Of a stretch of DNA of 64,000 nucleotides, positions 41,886 through 53,440 are shown in pieces. The notes under the pieces are model-generated. The model had not been told where the DNA came from. It worked only from the letters and a program-made list of their open reading frames with translations, and ran no database searches. Origin of the DNA: Adineta vaga (Eukaryota > Animalia > Rotifera); NCBI GenBank assembly GCA_021613535.1, contig CP075492.1, positions 10,664,001 through 10,728,000 on the forward strand, in the 5' to 3' direction. The translations under genes and the position numbers were made by a program. How positions within the stretch are numbered: position 1 is the stretch's first letter; the number at the start of each line of letters is the position of its first letter.

Positions 41886-43606
41886 ATGTTGCAATCCATA
41901 GATAATGGAAGAGCAGGTTTTCTTTGTCCGCAATGCCATCAGGATATGTCAAATATGGAAATGTTACAAGTACATTTTCAAAATGTACATATGAAACAAG
42001 CATCATCTTCCACAACTAGCAAAGGTATTGTTTTGTTTTTTTGAGTTTATATCTGATTATTCTATTGGCTTCAGTAATAACTATTTCTTACCTTTGTAGG
42101 TTTCTTTACATTAGCAAAACAAAAAATCAAGAGTGTTCAAGATAATTTCAAAACTCCTAACGAACCACTCAAACCATATGCTCAATATTTTCTATTCAAT
42201 CCAAATGATCAATATTCCAAACAACAACACATGGGATATACCAGTTCACATGATGATCTTATTAAAACAATACGAAAAAAGAAACGTGACGAAATGTTTC
42301 ATCAAACAGATCAACTATTAATACGTCTTCAACTTTTAACTGCTCCGAATGAACATATTCCACCGAATCGAAATACAAAAGAACGTCGAAGTAAAATAGT
42401 CGATGTCTTTTTTTACGGACTTAACAGATAAATACATCTGTTCTTTAGAATATGAACTAAGTATTGTTCCATGGGTGGAAGATTCTATTACATCACAATG
42501 TGGATCATGTTCAAAATCATTTGGTATTTCTAAACGAAAACATCATTGTCGTCTTGATGGACGCGTTATCTGTAGTCAATGTTCACGATTGTTATCATTT
42601 TCAATTGCTCGTACAGTTCTATTTCGCTCTAGTTTTGTCTTTATATTTTTTGATTATTGTAGGAGATATCGTCGATCCAACTGCATCTCCACTTGCATCA
42701 GCAACAAATACTGTTCCTCTTCAACGATTAATCAATCTATCAAGTTTAATTTCGTCAACAAATCCTAATAATGGATCTAATGATGATTCTCTACGAATTT
42801 GTTTGGGTTGCGAATATGCTTTACAACGATATCATAATCAAATACGTTATAAACATATTCCAGTCGATCCAATATTTCATCTTTATGACGTAAATCATAT
42901 TGTGTTCGTATATATGTACTATACATAAAATGAATATTTCAGAAAATTCTTCATGCTGAAAAGGAATACAAAAATATTCAATCTACATATGGAACGATGA
43001 TTGATTCACTTTTGTAAAATTTTCATTCTCATCTAAAAACAATCCTTTGTTTTCCATTATCATTTCATAGAAATGGAAATACACAATATCAATTGACTGA
43101 TGCACAACGTGTTTATCGAGAATTGAGTGTTCACTATGATAAAATTGATTCAACATCGTAAGTTTATAAAATTCAGACATTAAGTATATGCGTTGTGGGT
43201 CTGTTGCAGGAAATTAATTGTTAAATTAGCTGATAATGATTCAGTAACAACATATAATCGTTATGCTGCTCTTTGTCGAAATATTCGAACATATTCCATA
43301 CAAATTTTACAAAATTTTTCAATATCAACAAGACATTTACCTACGGAAGAGGATATCAAACGAGTTCGGGATGAGAAAAAACGATTAGAAGTTGAACGAA
43401 TGATAAAATTTGCTGCAAACATTCCAGGCATGAAAAATGGCTTGTCGGAGATATCACCTAAATTAGAACCTTTCGTACAACAATATTATCGTGTCGCTCA
43501 ATTTCTTGAAGAAGCAAAATTAGCTGGACGTCAAGATGAAATTAATTTATTGGAAATGAATTTAAAAGAACTTGAACAAGCAATACGTAAAGTTGATTTA
43601 AACTGA
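41886..43606 (+). CDS. RBSN: Rabenosyn-5-like FYVE protein
   Basis: N-terminal C2H2 FLCPQC...HFQNVH, FYVE (VPWVED..C..C..KRKHHCR...LRIC..C), C-terminal Rab-binding PFVQQ...EEAKLAGRQDEINLLEMNLKELE. Head-to-head with CCT7. Confidence 0.9.
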
Positions 43607-44957
43607 TTGACTATGTTTTCGCTTTATACGGGAGTTTTTATTTTGTGAATAATCTATTTTCTTTCTGAAAACACGTCATTTTTTTATTAAACTAATACTT
43701 ATAGAACTGGATGCCACAGAGTTCTATATTCAATAAGTATAGTATTTTACTAGATATAATTCATTTAGAGATATCATACATGAATATTAGAATTGAATTA
43801 AAGAAAATCAACTATGCTCGGCACAAATTTGATTCATTGAAGACTATACTCGTGAGTTTCAACATTAAACAATCATATTTTTATCAATCTATAAAAAAGC
43901 AAAACAAAAACTGAGTGTAGTTGATCATGGTTGTTAGTATAGGACGCACATTGCTATTTAATAGCATGTCATCTGTTGTCAAGTAACTAGTACTCAATCG
44001 AATTGTATCTTGTACTGATTCCTCTGTTAGACCTTTGAACAGAATCGTATCAATAGCTTGAAGTTACCTTTTCTATTTTACTATATCCAGATACATTCGT
44101 TTTTTTCTGTTTTTTAATTTTTATATTGATCATGTATAATTTTCCTCGTTTTACTGATAAATCTTTTAAACTTACTCTATACATATTAGAAAAAAAGAAC
44201 GTTTGTATATTTGAAAAATGTTATGATCTTTTCTTTTAAAATAATTCCATGTCTTAAGACAAGAAAGGAGTTTTTTTATCAAATGACTCTTATAAACAAA
44301 ACATATGGTTAAATACCAATTGTATAATTATACCAAACATGATTTGTTTCTAGTCTTATATATGTCATCTTCAATGGATATGCCGCTGCACAAACAAGCA
44401 AGTTCAGCACGCACAATGGTTGATGATCAAATTCGGCGATGCTCTATACTGAGGTCGAAATGTACGAACCGAAACGGTTCTAAAAGGAAAGTTTTGAAAG
44501 TCAATAGGAAACTTCGACAATGTTCGCGTTAGAATACTGCTTTCGGTATCCATTAAGTTCTGTCATTTTTTTTATCGCAAATAGTGATTTTTCGATCAGT
44601 TTTCAGTCGATTGCAACCGTTTCCGGAAAACCAAATCATCGACATGGATATTTTGTTCTACATGATTTTTATCAAGTTACCAATGATGAAATCCAACAAG
44701 AATTGGATTCCTATATGAATTTTATGCTCTTAATCATTGTAATCGGTCTTATATGGAGATATCTTAGACCAAAGAGCAATATAAGTACAGTAACTAAGAT
44801 ATTTTTTATATACATAATGAAATAAAAGAATAAAGTTATGTCGATATCTTTTATTATTGGAAATTTCTACGAAATTCAAGTAATAGAAGAAAAAAAATGT
44901 TTTATCAAGAAAGAGAAAACGTTTTCGTAAACGATCATACTATGATGAAGAGGAAGT

Positions 44958-45183
44958 GACGTTTCGATAATTGCTGTATTTTCGTCAGTAAGAAAAAATA
45001 TGAATGAAGTAGAAAAGATCAATACACACATATAACTAGTTACAATTAGACGAAAGAAAATGTAATCAGATAATAATATTTTTTCGTTCGTCCAATTGTA
45101 ACTAGTTACATGTGTGTATTATTCTTTCCTATTTCATTTATATCTTTTTTTACTGACCAAGATACAGCAATTATCGAAACGTC
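44958..45183. mobile_element. 226-bp palindromic (fold-back/MITE-like) element
   Basis: GACGTTTCGATAATTGCTGTAT at 44958 is the exact reverse complement of ATACAGCAATTATCGAAACGTC ending at 45183. The arms keep pairing imperfectly for ~100 bp toward the centre. Confidence 0.75.
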
Positions 45184-45808
45184 GCAATAGAAATGCTCTA
45201 TTCAGTATTTGTTTCTTTTTTTCTATTATTATGTGTATCGAACAAATCAAAATAAACAAGAATCATACTATGTCCGCTTTTTTGCACTCTTACCCATACG
45301 TGAAACAATGTTATTGTATATAATCTTTTTTCAATTCTATATTCTTGAATCGACTATCATTAATTCATTCATATTTTCCCCTCTCGATTAAACATCGTTT
45401 CTAATTGTGGCGAGTCTTTCTCGTATTTTATGCGGAGAAGTATACTTCTACATTAGAGAGCACATCGTTTTACTTTTGATGGATGTTGAGAAAGAAATAT
45501 TCGTCGAACAACAGAGACATCACCATTACTTCAGATATCTTAATCATAACGAAACAATGTATTGTTATTCTGTTTTTGCGCTTTCGATAGCCAATATTGT
45601 TGATACAGTTCTTTGTTCAGATATCTTTTTTCTATTACCTCTTTTGCACACGATATAAAAATGTTTTCTGATCATATTTAGAAGAAAAAATCTACAAATT
45701 TTTCTTTATAACTATACGTGTGGTGACAAATCAACTGTCGTCTACATTAAATACGAAGATTTACTTATATTCTCACTTTAACGAAAATATAAATCATTCA
45801 ACATTAAT

Positions 45809-48337
45809 ATGAGCGAACCAAAGCCGCGTATCACACCTATCAAAACATCAACGGAACGACGACGTCTTGCTCACAATTATTCACTTCTATGGGTCGATGC
45901 AAACATCGACGAAAACAACAACGATTGTCAAAACACTTTGACACGTTTACGAGCTGTTGTCAATGATGTCAACTTATGTACACAACCAACAGACTCTATC
46001 CAGTTTTTCAACACCATCGGAGATGAAAAAGCATTTGTCATTACTTCAGGATCTCTCGGTCAACATCTTGTTCCCGACATCCATGACATACCCAATTTAA
46101 ATAGCATCTATATCTTTTGTGGTGACAAATCTCGACATGAACAATGGACGAAACAATGGATCAAAATCAAAGGTGTACACACCGATATTAAGTATATCTG
46201 TGAAGCGCTCCAAACAGATGTCAAACAATGTAATCAAGATTTGACTTCAATCAGTTTTGTAGGCTCCACTGAAGGAACTAACAGTGAAAACTTGAATCAA
46301 TTGGATCCAACATTTATGTATACTCAGATATTTAAAGATATTCTCCTCGAAATGAAACATGATCAAAAGGCTATCCAAGATTTAACAGAGCATTGTCGTG
46401 CTTTGTATATTGAAAATAAACATGAATTAGATATCATCAAGGAGTTCGAACGCACTTACCGCGCAGAACAAGCGATTTGGTGGTACACACGTCAATGTTT
46501 TACTTTTCAGATGCTCAATCGAGCACTTCGAAATCTTGAATCAGATACAATCATCAAAATGGGCTTCTTCATGTGTGATCTGCACAAACAAATTGCCGAA
46601 TTACACCAACAACAGATCGATAGTCATGGCAGAGACTCCTTTCTAGTGTATCGAGGACAAGGTCTTTCGAAAACAGATTTTGAGAAATTGGTGAAAGTCA
46701 AAAATGGTCTGCTATCGTTCAACAACTTTCTTTCCACCAGTAAAAAGCAAGAAGTATCTCTGGGATTTGCTGAGAGTGCATTGAATAATCCAAATACGGT
46801 TGGCATACTTTTTGTTATCTCGATTGATCCTCGAGTTACAAAAGTGCCATTCGCTTGTGTTGATACGGTTAGCTATTTCAAAACAGAAGCAGAAGTTCTA
46901 TTCTCTATGCACACAGTATTTCGAGTGCACTCAATCAAACAATTGCAGAAGACTAGTGGATTGTATCAAGTAGACCTTCAACTTACGGATGATGATGATG
47001 AACAACTTCAGATACTCACTCAACGTATTCGAACGGAGGCTACCGGTGACACAGGGTTGAAACGATTGGGAAATTTGTTACTCAAAATAGGTCATTTTAA
47101 TCAAGCTGAAGAACTGTACAAAGCGCTGCTTGATCAGACATGTGACATGAATGACAAAGGGCTTTACTATCATCAGCTTGGATCTGTCTATGATCATCAA
47201 GGTGATTACAAAAAAGCTGTTGAATACTACGACAAAGCACTTGAAATTCGAGAAAAAACTCTTCCTTCTAATCATCCTTCATTGGCTACTTCTTACAGTA
47301 ACATCGGATTGGTGTATAGCAAGATGGGAGAGTATTCGAAAGCACTTTCATACTACGACAAAGCACTTGAAATTAAACAAAAAACTCTTCCTTCTAATCA
47401 TCCTTCATTGGCTACTTCTTACAGTAACATCGGATCGGTGTATAGCAAGATGGGAGAGTATTCGAAAGCACTTTCATACTACGACAAAGCACTTGAAATT
47501 CAACAAAAAACTCTTCCTTCTAATCATCCTTCATTGGCTACTTCTTACAGTAACATCGGATTGGTGTATAGCAACATGGGAGAGTATTCGAAAGCACTTT
47601 CATACTACGACAAAGCACTTGAAATTCGAGAAAAAACTCTTCCTTCTAATCATCCTTCATTGGCTACTTCTTACAGTAACATCGGATCGGTGTATACCGA
47701 GATGGGAGAGTATTCGAAAGCACTTTCATACTACGACAAAGCACTTGAAATTGAACAAAAAACTCTTCCTTCTAATCATCCTTCATTGGCTACTTCTTAC
47801 GGTAACATCGGATCGGTGTATAGCAAGATGGGAGAGTATTCGAAAGCACTTTCATACTACGACAAAGCACTTGAAATTCGAGAAAAAACTCTTCCTTCTA
47901 ATCATCCTTCATTGGCTACTTCTTACAGTAACATCGGATTGGTGTATAGCAAGATGGGAGAGTATTCGAAAGCACTTTCATACTACGACAAGGCACTTGA
48001 AATTCAACAAAAAACTCTTCCTTCTAATCATCCTGATTTGGCTACTTCTTACAATAACATCGGACTGGTGTATGACCACATGGGAGAGTATTCGAAAGCA
48101 CTTTCATACTACGACAAAGCACTTGAAATTGAACAAAAAACTCTTCCTTCTAATCATCCTTCATTGGCTACTTCTTACAGTAACATCGGATCGGTGTATC
48201 GCAACATGGGAGAGTATTCGAAAGCACTTTCATATTTTGAACGAGCTCTTCATATTATGGAGAGTGCACTACCTGCTAATCATCCTCATATCAAAACCGT
48301 GAAAGGACATATCGAAGTTGTCAAACAGAAACTCTAA
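45809..48337 (+). CDS. Mono-ADP-ribosyltransferase (R-S-E clade, ExE type) with TPR array; intronless
   Basis: VYRGQ, FLSTS and EAEVLF catalytic motifs, upstream WWYT..LNRALR, a degenerate receiver-like N-terminus, and C-terminal 42-aa TPRs. Confidence 0.92.
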   Translation: MSEPKPRITPIKTSTERRRLAHNYSLLWVDANIDENNNDCQNTLTRLRAVVNDVNLCTQPTDSIQFFNTIGDEKAFVITSGSLGQHLVPDIHDIPNLNSIYIFCGDKSRHEQWTKQWIKIKGVHTDIKYICEALQTDVKQCNQDLTSISFVGSTEGTNSENLNQLDPTFMYTQIFKDILLEMKHDQKAIQDLTEHCRALYIENKHELDIIKEFERTYRAEQAIWWYTRQCFTFQMLNRALRNLESDTIIKMGFFMCDLHKQIAELHQQQIDSHGRDSFLVYRGQGLSKTDFEKLVKVKNGLLSFNNFLSTSKKQEVSLGFAESALNNPNTVGILFVISIDPRVTKVPFACVDTVSYFKTEAEVLFSMHTVFRVHSIKQLQKTSGLYQVDLQLTDDDDEQLQILTQRIRTEATGDTGLKRLGNLLLKIGHFNQAEELYKALLDQTCDMNDKGLYYHQLGSVYDHQGDYKKAVEYYDKALEIREKTLPSNHPSLATSYSNIGLVYSKMGEYSKALSYYDKALEIKQKTLPSNHPSLATSYSNIGSVYSKMGEYSKALSYYDKALEIQQKTLPSNHPSLATSYSNIGLVYSNMGEYSKALSYYDKALEIREKTLPSNHPSLATSYSNIGSVYTEMGEYSKALSYYDKALEIEQKTLPSNHPSLATSYGNIGSVYSKMGEYSKALSYYDKALEIREKTLPSNHPSLATSYSNIGLVYSKMGEYSKALSYYDKALEIQQKTLPSNHPDLATSYNNIGLVYDHMGEYSKALSYYDKALEIEQKTLPSNHPSLATSYSNIGSVYRNMGEYSKALSYFERALHIMESALPANHPHIKTVKGHIEVVKQKL
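47225..48232 (+). repeat. 8 x 126-bp tandem coding repeat (TPR units)
   Basis: Unit TACTACGACAAAGCACTTGAAATT...AAAGCACTTTCA occurs eight times (1008 bp), nearly identical. Confidence 0.97.
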
Positions 48338-49208
48338 ATTTCACTAGCCGAATAAAGTATCTTTTACCACTTATTGCAAAACATGCCTATTCGAGCATAC
48401 GAGTGCAATGAAATGCTGAGTAATAGAAATAGAAAAGACATGGCTGTTTGATTAGATAGTGCACAGCGACGTTATTGGCCTTCATAGACACGATAGTATT
48501 TTTCTGATTTAAAAGTTTCCTCTATATAGCTGGTAAATAAAATGACCAGAAATGAACTTGGACTGGAAAGTAAGGTGATTCTTAAAGTGAAAGGTGAATT
48601 CTTCTGACATATTGATAGAATATTATAGGATAAATAGATCAAGCTCTATTCGAAACAAAACTGTAGTATGCTTATAATCGAAAGGTCGTAAAATATATTT
48701 CTTTGGCTCAATCACATATGATCCTTTATTAATTTAAAGATAGACGCTGCAAATTAAAGGGACTTGTAGAGAAAATACTACTTCAAATTTCAAAAATATA
48801 AAATCAAGTCGCTTAATGAAATAGTGATAATTGGTATATCTGTATTTCTCATATGCCATTTGTAGAGTTCGTTTCTCAATTGTTACACATCTCTGAGTCA
48901 TGTAATCATAAATGTATGGGAAGAAATTCTCTGCCATGTGGATGGATTCGATGTTTACAATTGATTAGATTGTCGCATAAGATACTACAAATTGAGTCCA
49001 TTAATTGAACTATGTATCTCAAAGAAAACGAAGCCGAAAGTGTATAAATGAAGTTTGTTTCGACATCACTTTTTTTGCTTTTATTTATAGCCTTACTTTT
49101 TATTCGAATGGTTTATCACGTACGTCTGTTCTTTTTCTTTTCGTTATATCTTCTGTTATCAGTATTCTAAACTATCTTGAGAGTCTACACTTTCATCATC
49201 GCTCTATT

Positions 49209-49319
49209 ATGACAAAACTTACTGTTGCTGTCTGTCAATGTGCTTGCCAACAATTTAATTTTGAGAAAACATTAGTTCATCTTCAAAAATTTAGCAAAGA
49301 AGCCAGCTTTAAAGGGTGC
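49209..49319 (+). pseudogene. 5' stub of a nitrilase/carbon-nitrogen hydrolase gene
   Basis: MTKLTVAVCQCACQQFNFEKTLVHLQKFSKEASFKGC fits the nitrilase N-terminus (VAVVQ...T......EA..KG). It ends before the catalytic FPE motif, and no continuation was found. Confidence 0.6.
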
Positions 49320-49938
49320 GTGTGGGTGAGAGTGAGGACTAGTTAGTCATCAAGACCCACAACCTGAAATTATTCATTCAATTGTCGGTAGAACTGTAAA
49401 TGACTATCAATGTTTATTTCTCAAATAAGAATTTATAAAACTAAATATATGAATGAATAGAAATTTGTTAATAATGTATTGAGTAACTTCAGAAAAGAAT
49501 AAAAAATAAAAATAATATGAAATTTCTGGTGAAATAATTTCATATTTATATAAAAATCAGTTTTAATGAGCAATTCTTCTTTTTTTAAATTTTATCTTTA
49601 TATAATAATGATATTTTGTAATAAAACAAAGCGAGATTATTTATTCATAATTGATGTTAATTCGTAATATCAAAAAGTAATTAATCGTATTAATAGTAGA
49701 GGAAATGATCAAATAATAGTATTCTGTCTTTAAAATCATTACAAGGTTATAATCCAGATGATTTTGTATTATGAAATGAAAATTTTCAAATAATTGAGCG
49801 TTGGTATTTGCATGAAAAAGTTGATAAACCAATAAAAACATGTTTACGATTTATAGTATTAACCATATTTTAATGGAATATTTTCATTAGAATGAATATC
49901 ATTGATATTTTTGGAATTGAAATGAAAAAATTTTATTT

Positions 49939-52790
49939 CAGTTACGTTTTTTTCATAATTCAAAAATATGAGTTGATTATATTGTTTTTGTTGTAGGTAA
50001 TTGTGTATGTTTGCCATTCACTGTCCACTTGATGATACTCATAGAAAGTATTTTAATCTGTTCTAAACGTATATTTTTGTACATGATCAAGAAAGTTCAA
50101 TACATTGTTTTTAATTGACAATATATATGAAGATAGAATATAGTTGAGATAGATAAAGAGCAACCATTGTCAAATTAGTAATCGACTATGATAAATTATG
50201 TATGATACTTGTACAAATTTTAGAGAACTAATGATTTGAATTCCGTCATATGATTGAAGAATCTCCAGATCTATGAGTTCTAAATCAGATATGTACTGTA
50301 TGGAAAGAACACTTGAGAATATATAAAGCAAATCTAGGTAGAGACGTTAGATGAATGTAACAGAACAATATGGAAGAAAAAAAGCTTAATTTTTATTAGA
50401 AAACGATTATGACGAGTAATGTTTTTCAATATATTCAAATTGAAAAATAAATTCTTTTAGTTAATAGACAAACCACCAGTCAAAGAGCTGTAGATAAGAA
50501 ATTTATGTAAAATTGCGAAAGATCATATGAAATCATTGCTATTCTGCAAATATCCTTTTCTTTTTACAATTTTCGATATACGATAAAAGTAAACAATAGT
50601 ATCAAATTTCTAGCTTGTTTCGATTGATAGAAATTATACAGTTTGTTCTTCCTTTGTTAATGTTTCTCACATATAATATGTTGAATAAAAGAGAAACAAA
50701 CATAATGTCAAATATTTTCGTTCATTCATAGTCATGTATCATTGTTTTCATTGACGATTAAGGTTATACAGATGATATAAATATCTACATTGATAACTTC
50801 GTTCGAAATGAACATATAGTGATAAAAATAATTATGAAATCTTCATTGATTCAATTAGATTATTTACCTGATGAAGTTCTTCTGAACATTTTGAAGAAAC
50901 TGGATAACAATCAAGTACTCTATTCTTTAATGGATACTAATGAACGTTTGAATAATTTTGTGCACGATTCAACTTTTACAAGTCATTTATCATTGATGGA
51001 TTGTTCTTCTGATAATTCTATGAAACCATTATCCAATACAATACTTGAACGATTTTATTCACAAATTTTACCTAAAATTCATCATAAAACTCAATGGTTT
51101 AACGTTGAAATGTCATCTATGAAACGTATTCTTCTTTCTAGAACTTATCCTAATTTATCTGGACTTGGTTTATATATATCTTGATATAGAGACTGTGAAA
51201 TACTTGTTTACAAGTAAGATATTTTATTTTATTTCATTATAACTTGAATAGAATTGAATAGATCACTGATAAGAATTTTATTTATATTTAGATAACAATG
51301 TATTAAATAATTTATTTAAGAAACAAATTATCTCACTTTGTATTAGTTTCAAGAGAAAACAACGATCAACTGACGCTGAAAATCGAATTATATTTGAAGA
51401 TATTATGACTGTTTTTACCAATCTACAATATTTCAGATTGAATTATTCAATCAATGCTCCATATATGTCATTTATTACTTCACCTCCAACTTTTGTTCCT
51501 CCGACGCTCTTAGAATTACATATCAATGTTGAAAATTTCAATGATTGTCTTTATTTACTTGATGGACGTTTTAAGCAGCTCCAGTCACTTCATATTAACA
51601 CTTCTTGTATTTTTCGTACAATACGTTTAATAATCAATAACACAGTTGAGCAATTTCTATTAACATTTGATTTTATTTAAATAATTCGTTGTTTTTTTTC
51701 TTAGGAAAGTTTACCTAATTTAAAATGTTTATCATTATGTAGTGGTGTAGCTACCCCTGCTTATCAACAATTAATTGTTCCACTTTTAAATCGAATGTTT
51801 AATTTAGAAAAACTTCATTTACATCTTATAGTTTATGGAATGAACTCATTTATTGATGGAAATAATTTGAATGCAAATATTATCAATCATATGTTACAAC
51901 TAAAGAAATTTACATTTAATATTCGTTCAGATATTCGTCTTCATGATCAAACTAATTTATTATCGAATGAAGATATTCAATGTACATTTAATGATTTTAT
52001 AGATAATGAAATTATTACTTCTGTTGATTATTTTTTGGAGATTGAACGAGGTCAATGTCATATTTATTGATATCCATATCAAATGAACGAATATCATCGA
52101 ATAGCAAATAATTTCCCAGGTGGAATATTTAAATATGTTCGTAAAATTGAATTGTTTGATACACGACCTTTTCAACATAATTTCTTTTTTCGAATTTCTC
52201 AATCATTTCCATTCGTGAAAGAATTAACCGTAATTAATGAAAAAGCACAATATGATAAACGATCTTCAACATCAAATGATAACAATGAACATTTACCAAT
52301 CATTGAATATCCACATCTAACTAAACTTGATCTTATTGAAGGTCATCATGATTATATTGAACAATTTCTTCTTGATACAAAAACATGTTTACCAAACGAT
52401 GTTTATCTTGTTGTTCAGTTTGAAGAACTGAAAAGAATGACACATTGTTTTGAAAGCAATACAACAAGAACAAATTGTGGCAAAATACGTTCGTTAGCTT
52501 TAATTCATGCATCTGCCATTCCTATATATTTAAGAAAATATTTTCCTTGTACAAAATTTTTATGATTGTTATCAATATTTACATTAATAAATAAAATATG
52601 ATTAAGATTAGATTTATTTATGTAGAATTCTTGCATTTAAACGAAAAGAAAAGTGAGAGAGAATTTTAGTTCCAAATATATTTTAAACGAAATGTTTTCT
52701 TAGAAATGAAAACTCAATCTTATCTCTTAACAGATATTCTTCGAACAAATAAAGTATATAGAAGACGAGCATCGAATGAGGAAAAAAGAA
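49939..52790 (+). repeat. ~2.8-kb direct segmental duplication, copy 1
   Basis: Begins TTCAAAAATATGAGTTGATT and aligns by eye with 59792-62700. The 3' end is approximate. Confidence 0.92.
50834..52565 (+). pseudogene. F-box/LRR-type pseudogene, copy 1
   Basis: LDYLPDEVLLNILKKL F-box, DCLYLLDGRF, FIDGNNL, FPGGIF, FFFRISQSFP, YIEQFL...TCLP. +1 frameshift at ~51178 and TGA at 52068-52070. Confidence 0.88.
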
Positions 52791-53440
52791 AGATAGACAT
52801 GTTAAAAATAAAGTTTAGAATCCGTATATTTTTTTAAATATCGGTTTTGTGTTAAGCGACTTTTATGAGATATCAGAGACGAACAAATCATGTTGTCTTG
52901 CAAACTTTAGGGTGGATATGTCTTATCTATACTATTTCAATGAATTTCATAATTTTCAAAAGGTTAATACAAATCAAATATAATATTTTACGATAAAAAT
53001 CCAAATGATGATACTAGTGAAGTAATGGCTGATTTTGACGCAATATTTCAAAAGAAAAATTCTCGTTCATTAAGTTACTTATTATAATTGTTATTCAACT
53101 TAACTATCGATTTCTCATTATGCTATTATATCGGCTGTATTAATTGGTATGATTACTCTTAGTCTTGTTCTCCAACATCTCATATTGATAAGAGAATTTT
53201 ATGTACAAAAATTGTCTCACTTGTTCATGCATATAAATATTCTGTTCACGCTTTTCTTTCATTGATTCCGTCATTGTATTGTTGTTCAACTGTTCATGCT
53301 CGGCCGCTTTGCATGTTTACCAGTTAACAAAGATCGGCCAATTTGTCTTTCATCACATTATCTTTTTTCTCACATATGTCTCCAATATATAAAAAGGAGT
53401 TATATTATCTTTGTGCAATTACTTAATATATTTGTTCAAG

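Noticed and set aside
44305-44825. Two short overlapping ORFs, one ending in a TM-like stretch
   Set aside because: I could not build a consistent spliced model or recognise a family. It may be a decayed small gene.
47225-48232. CRISPR-like regular repeat
   Set aside because: No unique spacers. It is an in-frame coding tandem repeat in a eukaryote.
47151-48302. 383-aa ORF overlapping the TPR array in another frame
   Set aside because: A by-product of a 126-bp unit that lacks stops in that frame.
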